DNA from: Veleropilina oligotropha
Lineage: Eukaryota
Direction: 5' to 3'
DNA: 64,000 bases
Assembly (NCBI GenBank): GCA_048128005.1
Contig: JBEUKZ010000081.1
Location: forward strand, 62,001-126,000
Each line of letters begins with the position of its first letter. The stretch's first letter is position 1. A model generated the notes under the pieces. It worked only from the letters and a program-made list of their open reading frames with translations, did no database searches and was not told where the DNA came from. This document shows positions 38,178 to 51,010 of this stretch, piece after piece. A program made the position numbers and the translations under genes.

Positions 38178-38436
38178 GGAGGAGGAATTATGCTTAATGT
38201 CCTGTATATTTATAACATCGAGGTTCAAGGCAGGACATGTCCGTGTTATCGCGGGAGGAAACCCCGGTCGCCGGGTAAACCCGCCCTCTTCGGCCAGTCA
38301 CGGACAACTGTGCTTCATAACTTGAACAAATGTGTGCTGCCTCAGCCGGGGGTCGATCCCACTACTGTTCGCGTCAGCGGAAACAAGCCAGTGAATTTAG
38401 AGTGGACACTCTACCCACTGCGCTACCGAAGCGGCC
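38178..38436 (-). mobile_element. tRNA-derived SINE, copy 2
   Basis: Same family as 7222-7487; TSD CCGTGTAAATTA. Confidence 0.85.
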
Positions 38437-39025
38437 CCGTGTAAATTAACCAATCAATGACAAGATATCAAAATATTAAGCCAATAACGTCGTTTGTACT
38501 ATAAAGGCGCGACAAAATATGGCGTCTGCTAAAGAAATGTTTCCTTCGGTTCATTTCAACAACCTGATTAATCATCTATAAATACTCAAGTACGTCTTAT
38601 TTAAATGATTAAAAACATTGTTATACAATATATTGTACTTGACTGTGATTATATAAATCTAAATACTATTATAGTTTTTATTTTATGATCCCCGAAGTGA
38701 CGTTGGTGTTGGCTATAGCAAGGGAGTTAACTCTAGCAAATCGAACAGCCACTATAGTTTTATCAAAATTGTTAATCTACAAAAAGAAACACCATAAAAT
38801 GTCAATTAACAATTCCATAGTTTACTTTAATAGCGAGTTATGTTGATATATTAATTTATTGATGTATTTATTAAGAGTTTAATGCATGTAACAAAAAATA
38901 AACATCGATGTTTCACAGATAGGCTTACGTGTAGACAAAATAGGCAGTACTAGGTGATAAATTTCACTGTCAAGTTGCTTAAAATATATGACCCTCATTT
39001 ACAAAATTGAGCATATGTTCTTTGA

Positions 39026-39500
39026 CAGGGTTCGTACAGATTTGAAAAGTACTTGAATTCTGAAGAAAAAATGAAAAGTACTTAATTCTTGCAAATACGC
39101 ATGAGAAGTGCTGGAATTTCATTTTGGTACTTAAAAATCCAGAGTCGTGCTTTAAAAGTACTTGAATTTAAAAGGGGAAAAAATTAAAACTAAAACTAAA
39201 ACTACGCTCAAAGTTCAGAATATTTACGGTAAATGCGCGAAGAAGTAACTCCGTAGTGAATGAACGAAAGTCAGTCTGATGGACAGGAGTAATTGCGGAA
39301 TGTTGTCCGGCCCCGGTGCCTGAATATACAACGTTAAACTATATAGTGCGAATGGCACCGGAGATCCTCTATATGGTACGTATCGTCGCTGTATGCTTGC
39401 TAAATTTAATTTTTCTGTGTACTTGAAAATTCAAATTTTGTACTTGAAAAGTACTGGAAAAGTGCTTGAATTTCATCAAGTCTTGTCTGTACGAACCCTG
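39026..39500. mobile_element. MITE, hAT-like termini, 5-bp TSD
   Basis: 15-bp TIR CAGGGTTCGTACAGA / TCTGTACGAACCCTG; TSD TTTGA; repeated subterminal AAAAGTACTTGAA. Confidence 0.85.
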
Positions 39501-39694
39501 TTTGATATCGTTTGAAATAGTTAATAAGGTTCGACTTGAGTGTTTTTAATAATTTTTCCTTAGGTTATGTTGTCCCCATGCCTTATCGATTGGTAATGGC
39601 AATATTCAATTCCTGTACGGTTAAATATGTAAGCCATGAATTGAAGCACTAATAACACAGATAAGTTATAAAATAGACCTAAACAGTAATAAAT

Positions 39695-39835
39695 TTGTTA
39701 TGCGGATTTCTGGCGGTAATATGGGATGATATTACCGTTTTGGATTCTGTATTTCCTTCGGCTGGCACTTCAGGAAATCAGAATCCAAAACGGTAATATT
39801 ATCCCGTATTACATGCCAGAAATCCGCATAACTAA
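39695..39835. repeat. ~140-bp near-perfect palindrome (hairpin MITE)
   Basis: GTTATGCGGATTTCTGGC...ACCGTTTTGGATTCTG / CAGAATCCAAAACGGT...GCCAGAAATCCGCATAAC. Confidence 0.8.
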
Positions 39836-40887
39836 TAGTATGCAGGGCACAAAATAAAGGCCTGCTAAAGGCCATTGGCTGTCCAATTAGTTAAGATTGT
39901 GTGAGATATCTGGGTAAAAATATATTTGGCCGGACAACAAATATTACAGTGTCATTCAACATTATTGACCAAAAGTTATCCAATGTATTTGAGAACAGCA
40001 AAAAACTTGCCATTTTATTCACTTAACTTGAACATAATGTGTCTTGAGGTCGCATTTGTGTCAAAACATTCCGTCGTGCTCATTCACCGATTCATTTCCA
40101 GAACTGAGTTTCTGGAATTGCTCTCAATACTGTATATATGAATAAACGTTTAACTGATGCTCTCAATACTGTATATGAATAAACGTTGAACTGAAAAACT
40201 GACTTCAAATAAGCAAGTTTTATAAAAAAAACAGAAATAGACTTCAAGGTGAAATGACTTTGACTTAAGATTTGCACTAAACTGGCTGAATTAAAGTAAA
40301 AATATTTTTATTGTTACTGAAAAGGAAGTTTCACATTTGCTTGTATCAATATGACAGCATACCCATAAATAATAAATAATAAGTTAACATAACCTAATAC
40401 TGTAATAATTAACAAATAGCTACTAGTAATCATGGATAACTTGCATTATTAAATGATGGAATACTACCGGTACATGAAATTGAGTCAGATGGCGATATAT
40501 ATTTCTTAACCTTGTGATTTAATTATTTCATTATCGATATCAAACCTTTTGAATAGCACATATATCGGGTCTTAAATATATCCAAATTTTTCATATTATG
40601 AGGATTCTGATGACGAAAAACATTTTGGAAGGCTGTATTTGGCAATGGCAGGCTAAATAAAATTTTAGCCCGACATAAATGGCAGTCTAACCCCGAAAAA
40701 TTAAATCACGTCCTGGTATGTCAGAGTGTATGAAGATATAGAATTTAATTTTAGGATTTTTCATGTTACAAATCAGGCATTGCTACTTGTGAGCATCGAT
40801 GCTGGCACGATATCTTCTGGGAAAACTGGAGATCAACGGTGGATGGATTGTCTCCCTTGGTATTCCTGAACATTTTTCATACATTGG

Positions 40888-41146
40888 ATTGGAACGATGT
40901 TTAATGTCCTGTATATTTACATTGTAACAACCTATAGGTTTAAGGCAGGACTTGTTCAAATTAGCACGGGAGTAAATCATGATCACCTGGAGACACCTGC
41001 CCTCCCCGGCCAGTTACAGGCAACTGTGATTGGTAACTGAACAAAGAATGTCATGTCCCATTTACCCATGCACTCATGTTAGTTAGCGCTATTGAGCCAG
41101 TGACTTCAGGGTCGGCATTCGAGATCACATGACTACCAGGTGGCCC
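40888..41146 (-). mobile_element. Older diverged copy of the SINE family
   Basis: TTAATGTCCTGTATATTTAC...GGCAGGAC...CAACTGTGATT...AACAAA...GAGCCAGTGA matches the family. Confidence 0.6.
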
Positions 41147-42254
41147 ACATTTATCATGCAGGGCCTAATCTGTCACAAGTATAGAAAAGCTGAGATCTGA
41201 TGTGAAACCTGTGACACAAAACCTCCCGTTGGGACATATTCTATATGCTCAGCGACAGTTTAACTTTGGGTTAGTACACCCATTGACAGCTATGACATTT
41301 CATCTCTATACTCTTATATAGTTGACATAATATCGATTTGTGTCCTCATATATATATATTTATCATATATCCGGGTCATTTTGCATAGAAACAAAGTGTT
41401 TAATAAAAACGATAATACACGTGTAACTTATGGCTTTCTGTGTAATTTTGTTTCGATAATTTAATCAATGGGACCGAACAACCAATTGTAGAACAGGTCA
41501 CAAAAGGTCATTGCGAGTAATTGAAGACTTCTTTCAATACTACGATTTTTACTATGAACGTGGTTATTGCAGTGTTGCAGGAATAGTACTCGTATGTGCA
41601 ACTAACGATCAATATTTAGTAAAACTATTAGGTGCAGATATCCAGGTGAGATCGTTTAACTCCCGAATTATCATAGCATGCAATATTCAATGTAGTAGTT
41701 TCCAATTTGCTTTCCGTTATGCAGTCTGTTGGTGTACATTTCATTCACAGCGATTATAGCAGCCATATTTCCATCAGTTCGACCTCATTTTACATGGAAA
41801 CTAACATATTAACGTTGAATTTTTATAAAATTATTCTGAAATCATGTTTTATAATTGTTAACATATACAAAGTCGACAAATTTTTCCTGATTCTGATGTT
41901 TTATAATGTAAGTTAACAAAATTTTGTTGTGAAGCAGACGACAAATAGTTTCAATGTCCACAACGTTAACATAAAAGCTTCATGCGTGACGCGCATTTAA
42001 TGTTCTTTGAATAGAGCTTGCTGGATTAGTATAATATTGATAAAGCGACATCAGTTCTTTTCAAAACAGCATTTGTTACTCTTTATAGTATATAGTCGGT
42101 AAGAATGGGGATTATTTTTCACACCCATTGCTACATTTCCATGACGTCAACAATCACAAATATCACCTTCCATTACTACGCCGCATAATGATGTTAGAAT
42201 GCATCAACAAAATTAAAAGCAACGTTGTACAGCTTGTTTCTTTATAAATTTAAG

Positions 42255-42407
42255 ATATATGATAAATAGAATCTCACATTCGTGGTCATTTAATATAACA
42301 TTTATGAAACTCGTTATCTAATTTTCATATTTTCCTCGGTGAAACCTCGGAAAATATGAAAATTAGTTACCTCGTTTCATAAATGTGATCATGTGAGATC
42401 CCCTCTA
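42255..42407. repeat. Palindromic repeat (MITE-like), second copy at ~51825-51995
   Basis: ATTTATGAAACTCG...TAATTTTCATATTTTCC...GGAAAATATGAAAATTAG...TTTCATAAAT hairpin present twice in the window. Confidence 0.75.
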
Positions 42408-42519
42408 TCTGTCGTGACATTGTCTGCATGCGTCCTCACCTATCGCACATTGTGACATTTTGTCTGCATGCGCCCTCACCTATCGCTAGTTGTGACATTG
42501 TGTCTGCATGCATCCTTAC

Positions 42520-42640
42520 CTATCGCTAGTTGTGACATGGAGCAGCCAAGCCGGTCAGCGATTATGGCCACTTCTCTCAGTTTGGCCTGTTGCCGGCGAC
42601 CTTCATCACTCAAAATCTTTTCCTTCAACCAGCTATAGCC
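42520..42640 (-). CDS. KCNAB: Kv channel beta subunit exon
   Basis: TTTCAG / GTAAGG flanks; [40 protein letters not shown]; phases 0/1. Confidence 0.93.
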
Positions 42641-43269
42641 CTGAAAAGTTAAGTAAATTACACCAGTTTTTGTGATAAAAGATGTCTCTGGTCACAAAAT
42701 TATTCACCATAAGAAATGACAAGTGTCAAAAGGGTATTGTGTGTATAGGAAGCCTATATATTGGCGATGGTTTTGATCTGTTTTCTGGTTTCATCTAAGA
42801 TAATAATTTGTCATGTTGACAACTGCATTCAGGAGATGACAAGGATCTCTTCGGGATATTGGATCAAAGTTTTACAACCAAATTTAGAAATTTTCATTTA
42901 TGTTGTAGTCTGAACCTCGCCTAAGGAAGGCTGACAATTAAAAGGTTTGATGACATGGTCACATCGTATAAAATTTGTATATACATATGTGTGCACACAT
43001 CGATACTTCCATGATCTTCTTCAAAACACAACTTATCTGAAGTCACATGACTCTCAAACAACAATTAAGTACAATGCAAATTAGTCTTAATTGTTTCCAT
43101 CATAAAACTTGGATACAAGTTGCAATTATTTCCAGAGCCCATGCTACATAGATTGAGTTTGCGTAACAGCTATGGGTCCACAAATGTCTGCAAGTATATG
43201 CGTCCCTATTATAAATCCAGATTGCTGTATCTTATACTTATAACAGTTACAATAATCTCTCGCTGACAC

Positions 43270-43545
43270 AGGCCGCTTCGACAGTCGTGGTATCGGTTGT
43301 GGACTCCGAAAATCACTGACTTGATATATTCCACTGACGCAAACAGCAGTGGGTTCAAGCCACGGCAGGGACATCACACATTTGTTCAAGTTATGAATCA
43401 CGTGTACAGTTGTCCGTACTGTTCGGAGAGGGCGGGTTTACCCATGCGACCGGGCTTCCTCCCGTCATAATATGGACATGTCCTGCTTTGAACTAAATGA
43501 TGGTTGGAAATAAACAAGATATTAAGCATCGATCCTTTCCTTTTC
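43270..43545 (+). mobile_element. Diverged SINE family copy
   Basis: GGCCGCTTCG head, GGGTTCAAGCC B box, GGCGGGTTTACCC...CTTCCTCCCG core. Confidence 0.7.
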
Positions 43546-44420
43546 TCTCTAACACAATGGGAGAAAACTCTAGTGAACCTAAAGCATGCAACAAGTTAAC
43601 ATTCATGATTAGCTATTAATGAACGATCTATGCTACAGCATGAATACACACAACCGATAATAAATATGTCAGGTCAGGAAAAATTAAACAAAACATTTGA
43701 TGCAGAATCGTAATTACCGTTGATTTTTAACGATATCGAAAAAATTAAAATTAATAAATTGGTAAGTTTGATATCTTTACTTTCAAGGAACCAAATACGA
43801 AGCACTATACAGACAAGTGTGCATATTGCATTGTTCCTAATTACCCGCCATTCTGATATGGAGGGGACGGTATTGTTACTGCAAGGTTTGCTAGTTTGTA
43901 TGTTAGCAACTTTACTGTAAACTACATAGATAACCACCCCTAGATCATTGTAGTCAGTGTTGGCTTTATTTGCTTAAGATCAATGTTACAAGAAGAGGAA
44001 ATTCTATTTTCAGTCATCTCTGTAAAAAGTTATCTCATCAATTAAAACTCGAAATAATTGTTCTTAAAGCGACTGACACAAATAGCATTTACATCTTCTC
44101 AACTATAAAACTTTTATTTTTTATTTATGCTTTGAATTAAATGCAGGTGCCAAACACGATAAGCTTCCTGAAAATATTTCCGATCAGAGTCAGAAGGCCG
44201 GACACACAAGCATGAATATTATATGCCCGGAGGTGGTGAGGAGCAACAGTTACTGATGTTGGGACGATCAAAATGCAAATTTACAATCATTTTCTTATGG
44301 CTTTCGTTTAAATACAGAAAATGTAAATAAGTAAATGTTTTTGTGACATAGTGTTCAGCCATTAATGAAGATTCACATAAAATGAAACTCGTCATCATGA
44401 CCCAAACTATTGTATTACAT

Positions 44421-44761
44421 CAGTGGCGGATTCAGGCGCCCCCCCGGCAAAAATCTGGCGCATACTATATAACATCAATAATCTCCCTTTATGGTGAAAT
44501 GGTTATACATTTTATAACTTTTATAATATTTTCAGGTCGGAATTATTTCACATAAATATGGCTTAAAATTTTTCATTTATTTACCTGCTGACAATGCTCT
44601 AAAGTGCGTCAGATTGCACCTCAGAGCATCTAGATTAAAAAAAATTCCGGGGGGGCATGCCCCCGGACCCCCCTAGTGTATCGCGCCCTTCGGGCGCTCC
44701 ATTATCGGGTGCCTTTGGCACCCTCGCCCCCCCGGCAAGTAGTCCTCTGGATCCGCCACTG
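44421..44761. mobile_element. MITE with CAGTGGCGGAT termini, 5-bp TSD
   Basis: TIR CAGTGGCGGATTCAG / CTGGATCCGCCACTG; TSD TACAT. Confidence 0.8.
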
Positions 44762-44967
44762 TACATATTTCAGCGGATTGAAAATTATAACTTTCTGGCA
44801 AAATATACGATCATCTTTATCTCATGCGTAATTAGAATAATTGCACTTTTATAATAACAACAGATCTCAACTACTTCTACAGAAAATTAACATAAACCTG
44901 GGAAGTAACTCCTAATGAAGGAACAGCCAAAGAGATTAAATTGTTCACCAACCATGTGCTGGTTTAT

Positions 44968-45062
44968 CTTCAGCGCCGCCCGGGAATGGATGGGCACGCC
45001 GTCGTCGTACTTGCCGGTTAAGATACCGCATGCCAGCGGCGACCAGCTGATCGTGCCAATCC
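44968..45062 (-). CDS. KCNAB: Kv channel beta subunit exon (donor non-canonical at the homologous position)
   Basis: TTTCAG acceptor; (G)[31 protein letters not shown] contains the AKR WSPLA.G.LTGKY motif. It is followed by ATAAAC rather than GT; an in-frame GT lies 15 nt further on. Confidence 0.9.
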
Positions 45063-45787
45063 CTGAAAATAGAGGCAAAATGTCACAGGCGCCAGAAACA
45101 CAGCAACCAGCTGATAGCTGAAAACGTCCCAGGCGCCAGAAACACAGCAACCAGCTGATAGCTGAAAAGGGAAAACGTCACAGGCGCCAGATACGCAGCA
45201 ACCACCTGATAGCTGACAAGAAAAGGAAAATGTCACAGGTGCCAGAAATGCAGCAACCAGCTGATAACTGAAAAGAAAGGGAATACGTCACAGGTGCCAG
45301 AAACGCAGCAATCAGATGATATGCCGATCCCTGAAAATAGAGAGGGAACACCACAGGCGCCAGAAACCCAGCAACCAACCGATATACCTATAATAGTCTA
45401 GCAGTCAAAAGCTGATCGAATTTTAGCCTAACCCCAAAATCTCGGTATAAGTATTTTTGATTGCTGATTATTTAACTGCGGCATGTCATTGATGAGTTCC
45501 AGGGGGGTGTGGAGTTCTCACCCTTGGGCTACTTTTTCAAAAATAGCCACCAAGTAAAATTTCATCTGCTAATATCTTGATCCTTGAGGACCATATGGAC
45601 AAAATTATAGTGTCTACACACGTTTTAATACTCAATAAACAAGATTAGAATATTATTTAGTAATATTGGGTGTTTTGGCTGAGGTATTCACCTTAAAATT
45701 CAAAATGGCCGTCAAAATGGTTGCAAACCAAATACGTTTTTGCTCATATCTCGAACTGTGATGTTCATACAGGCATCATTCTGACGT

Positions 45788-46051
45788 TAGGCCGCTTCAG
45801 CAGCGCAGTGGGTAAGAGTGTCCACTCTAAATTCACTGGCTTGATTCCGCTAATGCGAACAGTAGTGGGTCCAATACCTGGCAGAGGCATTGACATTTGT
45901 TCAAGCTATGAATCACAGTTGTCCGCGAATGGCCGAAGAGGGCGGGTTTACCCAGGCGACCGGGGTTTCCTCCCGCGATAACACGGACATGTCCTGCCTT
46001 GAACCTCGATGTTGTAAATATACAGGATATTAAGCATCATTCCTCCCTCCC
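45788..46051 (+). mobile_element. tRNA-derived SINE, copy 3
   Basis: Full length; TSD TCATTCTGACGT; inserted into the left foldback arm. Confidence 0.88.
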
Positions 46052-47049
46052 TCATTCTGACGTCTATACCCATGTTTTCAGGCTCAGTTAACATGGTGAG
46101 ATCAACAATATTAGCTAGTATTACTGAATGACTTGGTAGAGGCTGTCATCTTAACTTTCAAAATGGTCACCAAATGCGTTCACCACCCAAAGAGCTAATA
46201 ACTAGTTCAGTATAACCAGAAGCTGATTTTTAGCCTAACCCAAAAATCTCTGTATAAGTTTGTTTACTGCTGATTATTTAACTATGACATGTGATGATGT
46301 CACTGATGAGTTCCAGGGGGCTCTGGTGTGGAGTTCTCACCCTTGGGCAACTTTTTCAAAAATGGCCGCCAAGTAAAATTTCATCTGATAATATCTTGAT
46401 CCTCGAGGGCCATATGGACAAAATTATAGTGTCTACACACATGTTTTAATACTCAATAAACAAGATTATAACACTATTTAGTAATATTGGGTGTTTTGGA
46501 GAAGGTAGTCACCTTAAAACTCAAACGCCACCATAATGGATGCAAGCCGAATACGTTTCTGATCATATCTCGAACTGTGATATGTTCATAGAGGCACCAT
46601 TATGACCTCTAAACTCATGTTTTCAGGTTCAGTGAGCATGGTGAGATCAACAATAGTACATGTAATACTGAATGATTTGGTAGAGGCTGTTATCTTAACT
46701 TTCAGAATGGCCGCCAAATGCGTGCGCCATCCAAAGAACTAACGTTTATATCGCAGACTCTGTGACACATTATTATATACATGATTCTGCTGTATATATA
46801 CATGTACATCTTCTCAGGATCATTAAACATGATAATAATAAAAACATTGGATCATAATTTATAACATTACAACTATACTATACTATACTATAATTAACAT
46901 AGCAATATGACTAGATTAGAAAGAACTGACTAGAAATTGTTCATCGGGGAGCATTAACACTGTATGAAGTACACATTGTAAAATAACTGACATAGCAATA
47001 TGACTAGACTAGAATGCCATGCCTTGAAATTATGCATAAGAGGCATAAC

Positions 47050-50000
47050 ATTCCGTACAATCGCTGAGGTGTTCTAGGTTCAAAGTGATGTAACGTTCGC
47101 AGCCCCCAACTTGTTCGAGAACGAAGTAGACAATCTTGCCAATGCCTTTACAGAAGTACTACTTGCAACAGCTGATGATATACTGGGGATAAAGCGGAAG
47201 AAAATCCAGACATGGGTAACGAACGAACTCCTGGGCCTATGAGACAAGAGACGAGAGCTGCTTGGTCAGAAGTATACATGTAATGAATCAAGGGTGCAAT
47301 ATTAACAAGTGCATAGAGAGGTCAGAAAGAAGATGAGAGTGGCTAAAGAGGGGAGGTTAGAGGCTCAGTGTGGAGCCATTGAGAAGGGATGAAAGCAGGG
47401 AATGGCAAATAGGCCTACGATACTCTAAATGCCATAATCAAGTCAAGTCAGCGAATGACAGCTGTCATCGTTGATGAAGAGGGTATGCTACTGACATTCA
47501 GCGACGAAGTCCTGGAGAGGTGGAGGAGTACTGTGAGAGCCGGTACAATTATGAGCCCCACCCATACCTCTCCATTTTGTAAGCCAACCAAATTCTCACA
47601 GAGAGTGAAAACAGTCTATAGGTACTGAAGGAAGATGTAACTGCAGCATTGAGGAGCTTAAATGCAGGCAAGTCACCCGGAGTGGACATCGTCTCCACCT
47701 AACTGATGAGAAGCGGAGGTGAAGGAACTGTACAGGCCCTGACAATTCTGACAGAGGAACAGGAAACAGAGCAAATGACCAACAGAGTGGACACAATCGC
47801 TAGTGACACTCTTAACAAAGAACGGACCCTCAGCTTGATCAGCCACCTCAGCAATGTGATTCTAATCATCATCGGCAAACGATTGAAAATGAAGGCTTAG
47901 GAACTACTGTCGGATGTGTAAGCTGGGTTCAGAGCAGGTCGGAGTACTGTGGAACAGATTTTCAACTGTAGAATCATCATTTAAAAACACCTTCAACATC
48001 AACGCTACCTCTTTCACAACTTCATAGCTTCCAAAAAGGCCTTTGACTGAATTTGGCATGACGGCCTCTGGAACGTACTCAGAGGCTACAAATTTGAGGA
48101 GGGCCTTGTTCAGGTCATCCAGACCCTCTGCAAGCACTCCAACAGTGCAGTTCGTCTGAACCGTCAACTGTGAATGTTCTTTCAGATAACTTTCGGCATC
48201 AGACAGGGGTGCTTACTCTCGCTCCTGTTTTATACAACATTAATGCCAACATCACCATAAACAGGAAGCCATTAGAGGAAATCAAAGGATGGTGCCTGCA
48301 CAGCAGAAATCCGTATCCGATTCGCCACAACTAAGCCACTGTAGCGATGACCCGACTTATTAGGATTTGAATAAGTAACATCGGATTCCCATCACAGAAG
48401 GCATTTGAAATGAAATCACTCACGAAGTTGCTCCGTATTTCCTAGTTGGAGAACAAGACCAACAAGAAAGAAGTAAGCACAGCTTACATACCCGCGTTTG
48501 GTGCTTTCAATAATTATAGCCTCTGTCAATGTTATATATGCCATTATTCTTTAAAAAATAAGAAATCTCTGCAGACGCTGCCGCAAAACGATGACTAAAC
48601 CATAGTGTCCTCGACTAAAGTCTGGGGATTCAATTATATATGAACCCTGGTCAGTTGAGAAGAGTGATATTAGACACCGGACAGTTTTCAATATCCATTC
48701 AATCCATCTGTTTTGATAATCCCAGCTCCACTGACAAATAAGCTTAACAGCTTACTGTACTTAATCATGGTGAGCAAGTCTTACAGATAAGCGCGTCCCT
48801 TTCATCCTACATACATACTATTTACATAAGTGAACAAAAAAAATAAAGTTACACTTCAAAAATTAAATTTCAATACTCCAAAGCAATATTAGAAAAAACT
48901 TTGCACATGCTGTTTGTTGTTCTTGATCATTGTAGCCCAGGTCAATATTAATTTATTAAGATATTCATTTTAAGATATCCATGGAATAAATCAATGAGGA
49001 AGTCAGTTTTCAATATCCATTCAATTCATCTGTTTGATAATCTCAGCTCCACAGAGTGACGAATAAGCTTAACAGCTTACTGTACCTAATCATGGTGAGC
49101 AAGTCTTACAGATAATCATGTCCCTTTCATCGTACATACATAATATTTACATACTAAAGTAAATAAAAGAAATAAAGTTACACTTCAAATATTAAATTTC
49201 AATACTACAAATTAAAGCATTATTAAAAAACAAATTTGCACTCGCTGTTCGGTGTTTTTGATCATTGTAGTCCAGGTCAATATTAATTATATCAGCAATT
49301 TTTTAAAATATAAATTTCAGAAATGTAAAAGTAGCAAAAGACGTAACTACTTAACCTAGTTAGTGTGTGTACCAAGTTTCGTGAAGATAACTGGTACGGT
49401 TTGGGAGATATGCTCCATCAGAAGTGTCGCACATTATATTCTATGTCAATCTTATATATGCCATTTTTTGTAAAAATAAAAATTTCAGAAAATAGCAAAA
49501 GCCACAACCACTTAACTTAGTTAAAGTTTGTACCACTATTTGACATGCTAGCGTTTTCGGTTTGGCAGATATGCTCTGGACAAAGGCATCGTCCATTATA
49601 GTCCAAGTCAAACTAATATCCGCCATATTTGTAAATAAAAATTTCAGAAACCTGAAATTAGCCAAAAGGCACAAGTACTAAACCTAGTTAATGTGTGTAC
49701 CATGTTTCGTGAAGCTATCCTGTATAATTTGGGAGATATGCTTCAGACATATAACCTATTCGGTGCCTTCGTTCATTGTAGTCTATGTCAATCTTACATC
49801 AGCAACTTTTTTAGAAATAAAAAGGCAAAAGGCACAATTACTCAACTTAGTTAGTGTGTATACCAAGTTTAGTGAAGGTAGCCTGTACAATTTTGAAGAT
49901 ATGCTCTGGACAAAGGCGTCGCCCATTATAGTCTATGTCAACCTTATATCCGCCATTTTTTTTTAAATAAAAATTTAAGAAACCTGTAAATATCAAAAGG

Positions 50001-51010
50001 CACAAGTACTCAACCTAGTTAATGTGTGTACCATGTTTCGTAAAGCTATCCTGTATGGTTTGCAAGATATGCTCTAGACAAAATCGTTGCACACTCCATC
50101 CATTAGCTTCATTCATTGTAGTCTGTCAGCAATTTTTGTAAAAATAAAATTTCAAAAACCTGAAAATAGCACAAGTCAAAACTACTCAACCTAGTTAGTG
50201 TGTATACGAAGTTTAGTGAAGCTAGCTTGTACGGTTTTGGAGATATGCTCCGGACAATAGCGTCCTTCATTATAGTATATGTCAATCTTACATCCGCCAT
50301 TTTTTGTACAAATTAAAATTTCCGATTCCTGAAAATAGCAAAAGGCACAAGTACTCAACCTAGTTAATGAGTGTATGAAGTTTTGTGAAGGTAGCATGTA
50401 CGGATTGGAAGATATGCTCCGGACAAAATCGCCGCACACCCCATTCATTGGCTTCATTCATTGTAGTCTATGTCAGTCTTACATCAGCAATTTTTTGTCA
50501 AAATAAACATTTCAGAAACCTCAAAATAGCAAAAGGCGCAACTACTCAACCTAGTTAGTGTGTATACCAAGTTTAGTGCAGCTAGCCTGTACGGTTTTGG
50601 AGATATGCTCCGGACAAAAGCATCCTCAATTATAGTCTATGTCAATGTAATATCCACCATTTTTTGTAAAAATAAAAATATCAGAAACCTGAAAATAGCA
50701 AAAGGCACAAGTACTCAACCTAGTTAATGAGTGTATGAAGTTTCATGAACCTAGCATGCACGGTTTTGGAGATATGCTCCGGACAAAGTCGAATGACCGG
50801 AAGGACGGACAGACAGACAGACGGATGAACGGAATTCTATATACCCCCAGCTACTTCGTAGCACGGGGGTATAATGAGTACATGCGGAGCAAAGTCGAAA
50901 GACTTAGGGCCACCGGAACCTATCCTTGCCACAAAAAGACGGAGAAGTTGGTTCGGCCACGTCACACGGTCCGTCAGTCTCTGCAAGATTATCATGCAAG
51001 ACACAGTTGA
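47050..51010 (+). mobile_element. Degenerate RTE-clade LINE, interrupted by a HINE at 48461-50874
   Basis: KSPGVD, AGFRAGRSTVEQIFN, GIRQGCLLS and AFEMK motifs; ENKT|NEYMRSKV is split across the insertion, then WFGHVTR. Confidence 0.8.
48461..50874 (+). mobile_element. HINE-like element with ~330-bp duplication and ~180-bp tandem array
   Basis: 5' AACAAG, tandem units with ACTCAACCTAGTTA...GGAGATATGCTCCGGACAA, GACG/GACA microsatellite, 3' hairpin TATACCCCCAGCTAC-TTC-GTAGCACGGGGGTATA. Confidence 0.75.
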
